This document shows, piece by piece, positions 27,601 to 39,600 of a stretch of DNA of 62,650 nucleotides. The notes below the pieces were generated by a model, which saw only the letters and a list, made by a program, of their open reading frames with translations, did no database searches and was not told the origin of the DNA. A program made the position numbers and the translations under genes. Each line of letters starts with the position of its first letter. The first letter of the stretch is position 1. This DNA is from a virus (taxonomy: Duplodnaviria > Caudoviricetes): IMG/VR virus record IMGVR_UViG_3300028840_001431, positions 1 to 62,650 of that record. One strand, 5' to 3'.

Positions 27601-30600
27601 TATTGACCGAAATCGAGGATGCCGCCGGGAATGAATATTTCTCTGATGGGCATTGGGCAATCAAGAAAGACCAAAAGAAAGCATACACCCCGCTTCAGAA
27701 AAGAGCAGATAAGGTCAAGAGCATTCAGCCTTATAGGGGTGAGATGAAGGTCAAACTAGAAGATATCATTAGCACAGAGAACAACCTTCCGCTTACCTAT
27801 GTTGGAACTACCCAAGAGGAAAACGCTGATCCTCAGGCTTGGTATGTTGACGGGATGGGAAACCTCAGGGCTATCAATGAAAACATAGGGACCTTTTTCA
27901 AAAGCAGAATTGGGGCTTTGAACTTCCGGGGAGATCCGGCTAAGGATATCTCATTTAATATGTATGCAGGGGATGAGCTTGTTGGTGTGATTATGCCAAT
28001 GAGAGCCCCCTTCCCCGTGGAGGAGGTTCAGCTTCCTGAAGGGGCCGAGATCGAAGAGCCCGAAATAGAGAAGGGTGAAGCCGCCGAAGGGGAGAAGCCC
28101 AAGAAGAAGAAACGAAAAGGACGTTGGACCGATACCGGGAGAGAGATCCACGGGAAACGTGCTTCTAAGGATAAGAGTGAACGAATTGAAGCCATCAACG
28201 TTGAGCTAGACTCAAACATCGATGAGAAAGCCGACCCTGAGGCCTTCCTCAAGGCCATCAATAAACTCACCAACAAATCGAAGATCCTGAAGCTTGACCT
28301 CCCTGAGGGGGCGACTCCGGGGACTCTTAGGTTCCTCAAGACCTTCCGAAATAAGATCAACGGTTTCAACCGTTGGGCGGCTAAGGAGTACAAGAACTGG
28401 CAGGATTCAACCGACAAGGGGGCCATCCTAAGGCATCTTGAGGCCAATCCAGAATATCAGGTCAATGTCAAGAATCAGGCCTCTGAATACATAGCAACCC
28501 TTGAGCTTCTTGAGGAAGCCATCGAAGAGACTTCGACTGTCCAAGAGGCTCGGGATAAGCTTTGGGAATTATTCGTTGAAGATCCCGCGATTGACAAAAT
28601 GAGAAAGGTGTATCCGAGCAGATTCAAGTTTACCCCGTTCGGTGAGTCAATCGTTGGAATGTTTGCTCAGGCTTTTCCGGGGGCCGATCAATGGACCCGG
28701 AGTTCAAGGAACGCCTTCAAGTGGACTTTCGGTAAACATGCTGATTCCGAGATGGCCGATGAGGAGGGGGCTGATAGAAATCAGGCCTTTGAGCATCGAC
28801 CGGGAAGGCGTTTTAACTTCATGGATATCGAGGATGACCCAAATAAATACAGGAATGGCAAGGACGTTGACCCGAAGACTCTTGAAAAAGTCTTTGGGTT
28901 TACCGGGATTAAGTGGGGAAATTGGGTAAGCGGAAGAGAGCAACAACACGTTGCAAATCTGTTTTATGACGGCTTTCACGAACTAATGAAGGCCATCGGC
29001 GGGGCTCCCGCAAGGGCTATTTCGGTTCCCGCGACTGATCCGGCCTTGGCTATTGGCTTTGGAGGTTGGGGCCGTGGTGGAAGGACAGCCGCCCATTACC
29101 AACCATCAGATCACTTCATCCACCTTACCAAAACAAAGGGTGACGGTTCTGTTTCTCATGAATGGGCTCATTCTTGGGACAAAGGTTCCAAGATTGACAT
29201 GAGCAACAATAAAGACGAAAGCCTCAGGGATATTGATCCACTTAAAGATATCAAAATAGCCCTCAGGACAAAGTATAACTTTGAAGCCATCAGGGAAGAG
29301 GCCTATCAGCTTCTCAAGGGGTTACACCACGAAACAAGGCAATCAAGAAAGAATCGGGTTGACAAGGCAAAGGCATGGCTCAGGTCACATTGGAAGCAGA
29401 TATCAGAGGAAGAAACTCAATTCTATCGGGATGCAAAGAAGCTTGATGCCGGGAAAGACCCGTATTATCGGACAGAAGTTGAAATGTTTGCACGGGCCTT
29501 TGAGTCATGGATTGCTGATAAGATTGGTTCTGATGCACTATTCATCGTTGATCCTGAGTTTGTGAGCGGTAGCTATATCAAGGATCACTTCAATTGGGAC
29601 GTTGATGCTTACCCGAGTGGTGAGGAACGGGAAAGACTGAACTCACTCTTTGAGAATCTATTCCGAAATATTACATGGGACAAGAATGGGATTCCGACCG
29701 TTGGGCCTGATTTTGTTCCCCTCTTCATCAATACCCAACGAGAGGTTGAGGCCGAGCTTGAAAAGTTCCTTGAGAAGCTTGATGAAATCTATAATGCAAT
29801 TTATGGCGGCAAGCCTTCCAATGACGGGCTTTACTGGTATGCCTATCTCGACACCTCCCGAGCCCCCGGAATGCAACCCTCTGGAATGGTTGCCTATGAC
29901 GATAAATATAAAGTAGCCGAGCAGATTGAAGAGCATGAAGAACGGGGCGGCATTGGAGCCATAGGGTATTCTGGACCGCTGATAGCCGATGACGTTGTTG
30001 AGATGGGCCTTGTCCCGATCAATCACGACAAGAACGATGATACCCTTTATCTAGGGGGAGCAAATGGCCAAACTTCAGAGAATTGGACAGATGGCAATGG
30101 AGCATTGGGGGAAGTATCGTCCCAAGATGGTAAGCAGTTTGAAGAGAAGGGGACTATTGTTACCGATCCTGAAGGAAGTGGAAGAAGCTTGGGAGAGGGG
30201 GATGACGGACTTGGTATCAACGAAGGGGGTGAATCCTCGGATAGCGGAGGAACTGATGAATCGGGGGCTGATATTTCTGCCGGAGGAACCCGAGCCGATC
30301 CCGGAAATGGTCCGGGGGCTGATCCCGCTAGAATAAATGAAGATTATGCAATAGGTCCGAGGGATTATATTGATGCCGATCTCGATCAGGTTAGAACCTT
30401 CACCAATGCTATCTCAGCCATTAGGATTCTAAAGGAGGTTGAAGAGGGACGATATCCGGCAACTGAGGGGGAGCAAAGAATCCTCCAAGCCTTTCCGGGT
30501 TGGCAAGCTATCAAGGCCGAGCTTGATCGGTATTCGTATGGAGCCATTCAAAACCGTCATGACATGATCTCCGGGATGCTCAGCCGGAGTGAGATGAACT

Positions 30601-33600
30601 CGGCAAGGAAATTCAAGAACGATTCCCATGCAACCCCATTGCCTGTGATTGATGCCATATGGGAAACGCTCCAAAGGTTCGGCTTTACGAGTGGCCGAAT
30701 CCTTGACTTTGCTATGGGTAAGGGCTCGATTTTTGGGGCTATGCCTAAGTCCATGAGGAAAACTTCTGTCCTGACCGGAATTGAACCCGATCAGATCCAA
30801 AGGAGAATTGCCAAAAAGCTTTATCCTAATCAGTACATAACGGATACCAGATTTGAAGAAACTCCCTTAGCAAACAATTACTTCGATCTAGTTTTCACCG
30901 ATATGCCCCATACAGCCAATCGGTTGAGCAAGCCTGATCCCGAGCATAATCCTCTTGGGTGGGAGTCTGATCCTCATTGGCTCAATAAGGCAATCAATCA
31001 CACGCGGGAGGGAGGTCTAATTGTAGCCATTGCGGAAACGGAGTTGATGGATGCTCCTAACAATGCCGATGCCCGGAAGAATATCGGTGATAAGGTTGAC
31101 TTCCTTGGGGCTATTAGGCTTCCGAAACAGTTATATGGGGATATGAGCAAGGATGTCATCTTCCTTCGCAAGAAAGGCGGGGGAGGTGTCGAGATAAAGA
31201 AGAAGGCATGGGAAAAGGTGAACGCCGGGGCTCGGATTCCCGTCAATGAGTATTTCGTTGAAAATCCCCAAATGGTTCTAGGTCAACTTGAACTCGACAA
31301 TGACCCGATATCGTACAGAATAACGAAGTATGCCCTCAGCCAAGACAAAGCTGATAACGTTGAAAGGGAAATCAACGATCTTGCAACCACCGATCTTCCG
31401 ATAAACATCTATTTTGAGGAGATCCCCGGAACCGAGATAGATCTTCTCAAGACTATCCCTGAGCCTGACTTTGTAAAGGATGGGGCCTTTGTAATTGAAG
31501 GAAAGAAGCTTTATCAAAGCATTGGAGGGAAGCCCGTTGAGGTGAAGGATTCTCCCCGTATTCGTGGCATGGTCGGAATGAGGGGAACCATCAGGGGGTT
31601 GCTCAGGTCCTATGCCGCCGGGGAAACAAAAGCCAAAACGGAGAAATGGAGGAAAGCCCTCAATAAGCAGTATGATGAATTTGTCAAAAAGTTCGGCTTC
31701 GTGAATGCGGTTCCGAATGTCAAGGCATTCATCCAAGATCCTGATGCCCCTCTCCTTCTCACCCTTGAGCGGTGGGATCATGAGCGGCAAAAGTCTCTAG
31801 GTAAAACCGCAATCTTTGAGCCGGGATTCTTCAAGCCTGTTACCCCTCCAACCTCGGCTAAGAATTCATCGGAAGCCCTGAATCTCTCGTTAGCATGGAA
31901 GAGCCGAATTGACTTCCCGTGGATGACCCGTTTGAGCGGGGTTCCTCGGGATCAATTGATTAGCGAATTGAAGGGCAAGATCTATGATGATCCAGAGGTG
32001 GGGTGGGTAACGGCTGATGAATATCTGAGCGGCAATGTGAAGCATAAGTTGAGAGTTGCTCAGAAGATGGCCGAGGTCAACAAGAAGCAATATGGTCCGA
32101 ATGTCAGGGCCTTGAAGAAGGTCATCCCCGCCGATTTGCAATCCCATGAAATCAACGTAAGGCTCGGGGCGGCATGGGTTCCCCCTAAGGTTATTGGGGA
32201 GTTCATGAAAGACCTCACCTTTGAGTATAATGTCAAGGCCGAGTATAGCCCCGTTCTCGGGAAATGGCAGATCAAATTTACGGGAGCCAGCAAAGCCGCC
32301 GCTAAACGAAACAAAGATTCAGCGGTAAGAAGCACAGAGGCAACCTCTGAATGGGGGACCTCTGATGTCAATTTCTTCGATCTCCTAGGGTATGCCCTCA
32401 ATGGTGGGTTCCCCGATGTGAAGAGGGTTGCAGTCGATTCAAAGGGAATGCCTCACACAGATGAGAATGGCAGAAAGATCATGGTTCCTGACGTTGAGGC
32501 TACTGATGCCGCAAATTACAAGCTTGAACAGATCAAAGAAAGGTTCTCTCAATGGGTATGGGAGGATCAGGCTAGGCTTAGGAATCTGACGCGGATCTAC
32601 AATGAAAAGGTCAATGCCTATGTGAAGAGGGTTCACAAGGGGGATCACCTCGTATTTCCGGGCAAAGTCCCAAATGCAATCTTTGATTTTATGGATCACC
32701 AAAAGAATGCCGTTTGGAGATTCCTACAGCAAGGGAGTGTATATTTTGCTCATGAGGTTGGGACTGGGAAAACCTTCTCAATTATAGGTTCAGTAATGGA
32801 AGCCCGAAGGCTTGGGCGGGCGAAGAAACCCATTGTTGCCGTCCAAAATGCCACGTTCGATCAGTACAAAAGGGATTGGGCCACGGCATATCCTGCCGCA
32901 AATGTGCTATTTGCCAAGATCCCAAAGAAGGAAGGCCCCGAAAGGAGTGCCATCCTGAAGAAGATTTCATCAGGAGATTATGACGCAATTGTTGTCAATC
33001 ACCACTCCTTGAGTTTCCTTGAGGTGAGCCCAACCGCTCAGATTGAACAACTGAGGAAGGAGCAAGCCGAGCTTAATGAGTCATTGGGAATATTGAGCTT
33101 GCAGGGAGCCGGAGAGGAAACCATAAGGAAGATATCAGGTGCGGTTGCAAGGTTGGAGGATAGGATTGAATCTCTATCCGGGGCTCCAACCACCAATGAA
33201 GTCTATTTCGACAACATTGGGGCTGATATGATTGTTGTCGATGAGGCTCACAGCTTCAAAAACCTCGATATCAAAACAAGCTATGGGAATGTCAAGGGAA
33301 TCGACTCAGCGGGGGCTCCATGGTCAATGAATCTGTACCGGAAGATTCAGTATATCCGAAACAGGTACGGAAAGAATATCATCCTAGCCTCAGGAACTCC
33401 GCTAACCAATAGCGTGGGTGAGCTTTACACCATTGCAAGGTACGTTCAGCCCGATATGCTTGCCGCCCATCACCTCCAAGGCTTCGATGCATGGGCTAAC
33501 ACCTTTGGCTTGATCTCCAACGAATCGGAACTAACACCAACCGGGACGGGCTATGTGAATTCAACCCGATTTAAGAGCTTTGTCAACATTCCCGAGTTAG

Positions 33601-36600
33601 TGAACATTTTTCAGCAAAACGTTGACCTAATCAGAGTGACCGAGAGCAAGAAGGAAGCTCAGGAAAAGGATGAGTTTATTTGGATTCCTCGACCGAAAAT
33701 CAAGGGAGGCAAGCCTCAGACTATCATTGTTCCGCAAAGTGATCATGTTAAAGAGTTTCAGAGGGAGCTTGTCCATCGAGCCCTTGCCCTGAAGAATGAC
33801 CGTCAGGCCCAATGGGACGGCAAACAGGACGCCATGACTCGGATGATCAAGGAAGGTCGGACCATGGCCATTGATGCACGGCTTCATGATCCGAAGCTTT
33901 CCGATCAGCCTGACACAAAGCTGAATTATGCCGTGAAAGAGATCAAGCGTATTTACGACAAGAAACATAAGGCCCACGATTGGGATCAGGGCGGGAAGGA
34001 ATACACCGAGGATAAGGGAGTTGTTCTAGTCTTTCTCGATATCGGGACTCCGGGAGGGGCATTAGAAAAGAGAACGAAGTTTTCACCTTACGGGGATATG
34101 AAGAAGAAGCTAATCAAGGCGGGTATCCCTGAGAAGGAAATAGCCTTCATTCATGACGTTCCTGACAAAGAGGGACGAAGAAGGCTCATGGGACAGGTCA
34201 AGGAAGGCAAGATCAGGGTCCTGATGGGTAGCACCAACAAGATGGGAATCGGTGTCAACGTCCAAACTCGGGTTGCCGGGATTCTTCATGTTGACGTTGA
34301 TTGGAACTATGCAAACTATGAGCAGAGAAACGGGAGGGGCCTCAGGTACGGGAATAATATCGATGAGATAGAAATCATCAATATCGGGACAGCCGGGACG
34401 GTGGATGCCTTCATGTGGGAGGTGGTTGCCCGCAAAGCTCATGTTCTTGGTCAGGTCCTCTCAATGAATCCAAACCTCAGGGAAGTGGAGGATATCAGTC
34501 AGGATGCAAGCAATGCTTACGAATATGTGAGTCACCTTGTCGATGACAAGCTTGCCAAGAAAAAGGTTGAACTCGATAGAGAGGTGAGGATTCTCAGAAA
34601 TGCTCGATCTTCACATCAGGCCGGGACGAACAGGGCTCGATTCAGGGCCGCAACAATACCGGAAGAGATAGCGGCGAATGAAGCAAACGTTGAGGCCTTG
34701 AATGAGCAATTGGAAAAGCACAAGAATATCACCCATGTTCAGATAGGTGATGAGCCCTTCTCTCTCAAGAAGAAGGGACCGGAAATCACCAAGAGGATCA
34801 AGGAGAAATGGGACAAAACTAGCAAGGCAACAAAGGAGAAGCTTAAAAAAGATCCGACCCTGAAAGCTTCGGTTGCCTTGCTTGGTGGAGAGGTCAAGGA
34901 TACTCAGGGTGATGGCAAAAGTTTCGTGGGCAACGATATCAAGATTGTCATTCAATGGGGTCCTGTCACCAAGAAATGGCTCATGAGGTTGGACGGTGAG
35001 GGTGTGAGCAGTATAATGGATGACCTAGGTAAGAGCGTTTCCCGGTTGATATCCAGAATCAAGGCCCCCATCCAAAGCGAGATAGATTCCCTCAACGAGA
35101 ACACCCAAAAACTCAATGATGAGCTTCCTAAGATTGCGGCTAGGATTGATGCCCCCTTTGAGAAGGAGGAGGAGTTCAGGGTAAAAGACGCGGAGAGGCG
35201 GGACCTTGAAAAACAACTGCTCGACAAACAGAGGAAAATGGAGAGGGAGTTTGCTGAGCAACAAAAGAAGAAAGGCAAAGAGCCAACCCATCTAGCCGTT
35301 GATGAGGCCCCTTATACTTTCAGCAAGCGTCAGATGATTAGTGCGAAGAGGGTTGCAAAGCTGATCCCGAAATGGCTGAGATCAGCCGGATTACCCAAGG
35401 AAGTCATCGATAAGATCAACGTGAAATTACAGCCATTCGTTGATTTAACGGACCTCGATATCGAGCAAACCCTAACCTCTTACGGGGAAATGGGGGTTCC
35501 GGTCACAAACATCCTCGGGGCCACAACCTTTAATGAGTACAAAGCGATAATGCAACTCTCTCTTGCAATGCAGAATCAGGCAAAGCTTGAGGAGACTGTC
35601 ATCCATGAGGCATGGCACATTATCAAGGGGTGGTTGATGCCGAAGGCTGACATCGATGCCATTGGCAAACACTACCGGAACGAAGAGGAGGAGGCTAGGG
35701 CTTTTGCAAGGTTTGTTCTTAGATACCGAAACCGACTCAAAGGGGTTCCTTCACCGATACGCCGGATTTTCATGAAGATCAAGCGGGCTCTTCAGCTTAT
35801 TGGGAATGGGCTTAGGGGGAGAGGGTTCACAAGGCCTGAGGATTTCTTTGGAACGGCAATGGTGGGGGCCTACTCAAGGCCGCATTATGTGAGGGGCAGG
35901 ACGGCTGATTTCGGTGGGACTACCATAGCTTTGGCCGGGGAGCCTAATCCGGTTCCTTGGGCCTCACATCAACTGATTTATGCTGTCCGAAACAATTATG
36001 ACAAAATGCCCCGGAAGGTTCAGTCTCTCAAGAATTGGGTGAGGAAACAAGCAAAGCCCTCTGAAATAGAGTGGCTTGATGTCGATGCAATCATCGATGA
36101 AGTTCAGAAGGATGGGAAAGTTCAGCCAGAATCCTTGCTTATGGGGCTTGCTAGAAACCAAGTCCACCTTCAGGAAGTTCTCAAGACTAGCCCTCTTGAC
36201 GCTACGGAAGACCCTTGGAAGGGCGAAGATATCTATTATGATGAAGATGGGAACGTTGCTGGTCATCCTAAGGTGTATGAGCCTTGGTGGTTGGATTATT
36301 GGGCAAGGGACGTTGATGAGCTTAGGAAAGAGGTGGAATCAAACCCGAATCATGAGTTGCATTTCACGGCGGCTATAGATCCAGATATGTCTTGGGAAGA
36401 ATTCAAGGCTTTCAAGAGGGCCGCTGATCGACCGCCGATATTGAATACCCCTAATCGATATCAGGCAAACACCTCGATAGGGACGATTGATGCTAACCCC
36501 GTTGTCGAGGTAAAAGACGGGAAAGCCTATGTAAAAAAATATGAGTATTTCGTTGAGGGTTCCAAGGTTTTTGAATCACCTGATCCGAGATTCAAGGAAA

Positions 36601-39600
36601 TTGAGATCAATATAAAGGATATCTATGAGCAACGGGCTGATCGTGAAAGGCCCGAAATTACCCAATACCATGGATACACAATTCCCGGCGGGGAAGGATA
36701 TCGTGAGCTTCTCTTCATATATGACAGGGATGGGGCAAAGTGGGAACATCCCCATTGGTCGAAAGAGAATGTTCTTGGGTGGGTGAGGTTTGATGAGAGA
36801 GTTGACAAGGACGGCAAGAAGCTTCTCTTCATTGAGGAGATACAATCGGATTGGTTGCAACGAGCCAAGAAGGTGGGCTTTGATGAGGACGACTTTGAAG
36901 CCGCCGCAGGACAAAGACTAGAAGAAATACCAAAGGCCCCCTTCCTTAAGAACTGGCATGAGGTTTTCTTCAAGAGAATGCTCCGATATGCCGCTGAGAA
37001 TGGATACGATAAAATTGCGTGGACTACCGGGGATCAGCAAATTGCAAGATATCCGGGGGTTGGCAAGCCTGAAGGCCTGAAAGTTTTCTATGATGAGAGG
37101 ATTCCCGGATTCGCTAAGAGATATACAAAGCGATGGGGGGCTAAATATGGGAAAGGGTCCATAGTCGAGTCAAATGTAGAAATCAACGTAATGCCAACAA
37201 GCAAATACGACAAGATCAACAAAACAGCAATGGCTAAATTTTACCCTGACGATAAGTGGATGGTGACGATCAGGAACAAGGGGAACAAGGGGACGGGCAA
37301 CGAAGAAAGAAAGTTTCCAACCGAGGAACAGGCAAGGAACTACGCTAAAAGAAAGGAGGACTCACTTGGTGCTAATATCGGTGAAGTCCACCACGTAAGC
37401 ATCACCCCTGAGATGAGAGAGTCTGTCATGTTCAAAGGACAGACGTGGTTCAACGTCGATGCAACCCGAGAGGCCAATGAGGCCATCAGGGGGCTCAATG
37501 AAGTTGATCCGATGACCACGATCAAGGACGGGTACAAAGGGCTCTTCCAATCGATTGATGATAGGTTTGGGAAGGGATACACCGACAATGATATGAAAGT
37601 CCTAAGAAAGATTCTCGGGCTCCCTTATTTTGTTGGTAAGAAATTCAAGTCAACTGAAGAACTTGTTGATACTGAGATCAAGGCCCATGAGCGAAGGGCA
37701 AAGGAGTTGTTTGATGACTATGAAGGAGGGCTCGGACAGGTTCAGGAAGAAATCCCAAAAGATAAACAAGCCCTTGCAGATCTCAAAGAACTTATTTGGG
37801 GATGGAACGGAAAGAGGATGCCTAGGTCACACGTCCCCACAAATGCAATCAATGTGCCTTCCGAGCCTAGGGAGGACCTCACCGTTAATGAGAATCATTA
37901 TTCCGAGGTAAGGAATTACCTTGTCAAGCATGAGGGTTTCAGGCCTGATGTAGTTGAGGCTTTTCTCACAATCAGAAGGACCCTTGATAGGAAACTTGTC
38001 GATATCGATAAGACGATGAGAGTTGAAAGCCTTGATCCTGATCTCATTGCGGAGTACCGTGCTCAGATTGGTCGGATTGATAATTACTTTCCGATGAGGA
38101 GGACCGGGGACTCATACGTTCAGATCATCAACGAATTGGAGGAAGATCCTGAAAAGAGGGTTGTTTACCGTGAGCATTACAATAGCCTCAACCGTTTCAA
38201 GAATTCCGGGAAAAAGGTCAGGGCTCGGGCCGAACAATGGTTGCAGAATGCTATTGCAGATGGAATCGTTGACGGTAGGCCTCAAGATTTCGATATCTCT
38301 CTAGGAAAAGTGACCTCACTTCCTGATGAGGTCTTCTTTCAGATCCCGGTGGAGGGGATGCAAAAGGTAGCCGAGGAAGCCGGAAGGCGGCTTGAAAGGT
38401 CGAGAGTCAAGCGAGAAGCTGAACGGCTCATGAGGCTTGCCAAAAAGGAAGGGAAGGAACTCACCGAGGAACAAGCCTATAAGAAGGCCTCAAATATCCT
38501 CAGGGCCGATATGGAGAAAGCCCTCTCCAAGGCCATTGCCGAGGTACTCAAAAGCCGTGGGTGGGCTCGACACGCAATCAGAAGGAGAGGCGTTCCCGGT
38601 CATGAGACTGAGGATATCTTTGGAATTCTCCATGACTACCTTGCAGGATATGCCGGATTCAAAGCAAAGATTTGGAGGGCAAGGCGACACCATGAGACTC
38701 TAAGCAAGATCCCGGCCAAAATAAGGCCTAAAGAGTATGAGTTTAACTCCAAGTATGTGAGGGATGTGCTTGCCAATCAAGGAAAAACAGATCGAATCAT
38801 AGACGGGCTCAGGTCTGTTTTCTTTGTCAAATATCTCGGGTTTGTCCCGAAATCGGGGCTCATCAATTTGACTCAGAATGTAGTTGTGGCGGCTCCCATC
38901 CTTTCGCAGTACACCAAAAATCCCCATCGGAAGCTTGCTCGGGCCATGAAGGATGCACGTCAGGCCTTGACTACTGTTGAGGCATGGAAGGGCAAGACCC
39001 CGAAATATGCGTCCCTTACCGAGGAAGAGCTTGAAGCCGTGAAGGCACTCCATGAAGAAGGGGCCGTCATGGATATGATGCTTCGGGAACTCAAGGGGAG
39101 CTTGCCCGGATCAGGGTGGGGTAAATATTGGAGGAAGGTGGTTGATAAATCCGGTATCTTCATGCAGATGGCCGAAAAATTCAATCGAGTTTCAACGGGC
39201 CTTGCGGCTTTCAGGATTGCAAAAAATGAATTAGGCATGGGTCAGGCTGAAGCCGTTGAGTGGGCGAAGAAGAGGATCTATGACTCTCACTTCCTTTATG
39301 GTTCCGCGAATCTGCCTGAGTGGGCTCGGGGTGGAGATTGGCAGAAGTATGTAAGATCTGCATATACATTCAGATCATTTACCCATAATTATCTATCATT
39401 GATGCACCACCTACTTTCTCAGCAAACCCCGGAAACTAGGAGGGCCTTTGCTCTTTCGATGAGGAACCTCTTCATCGTTGGTGGTCTTACCTCAATGCCA
39501 TTCTTCAAACTGTTTGCCGATATGCTGTATTCATTGCTTGATTGGGATGAGGATGATATATTCACCGACATTAGGCAGGGGTTGCCCTACGATTGGACAA

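Noticed and set aside
24991-39238. Many 60-170-aa alternative-frame and antisense ORFs inside the giant gene
   Set aside because: No RBS or family-like sequence; only 30064-30336 was retained.
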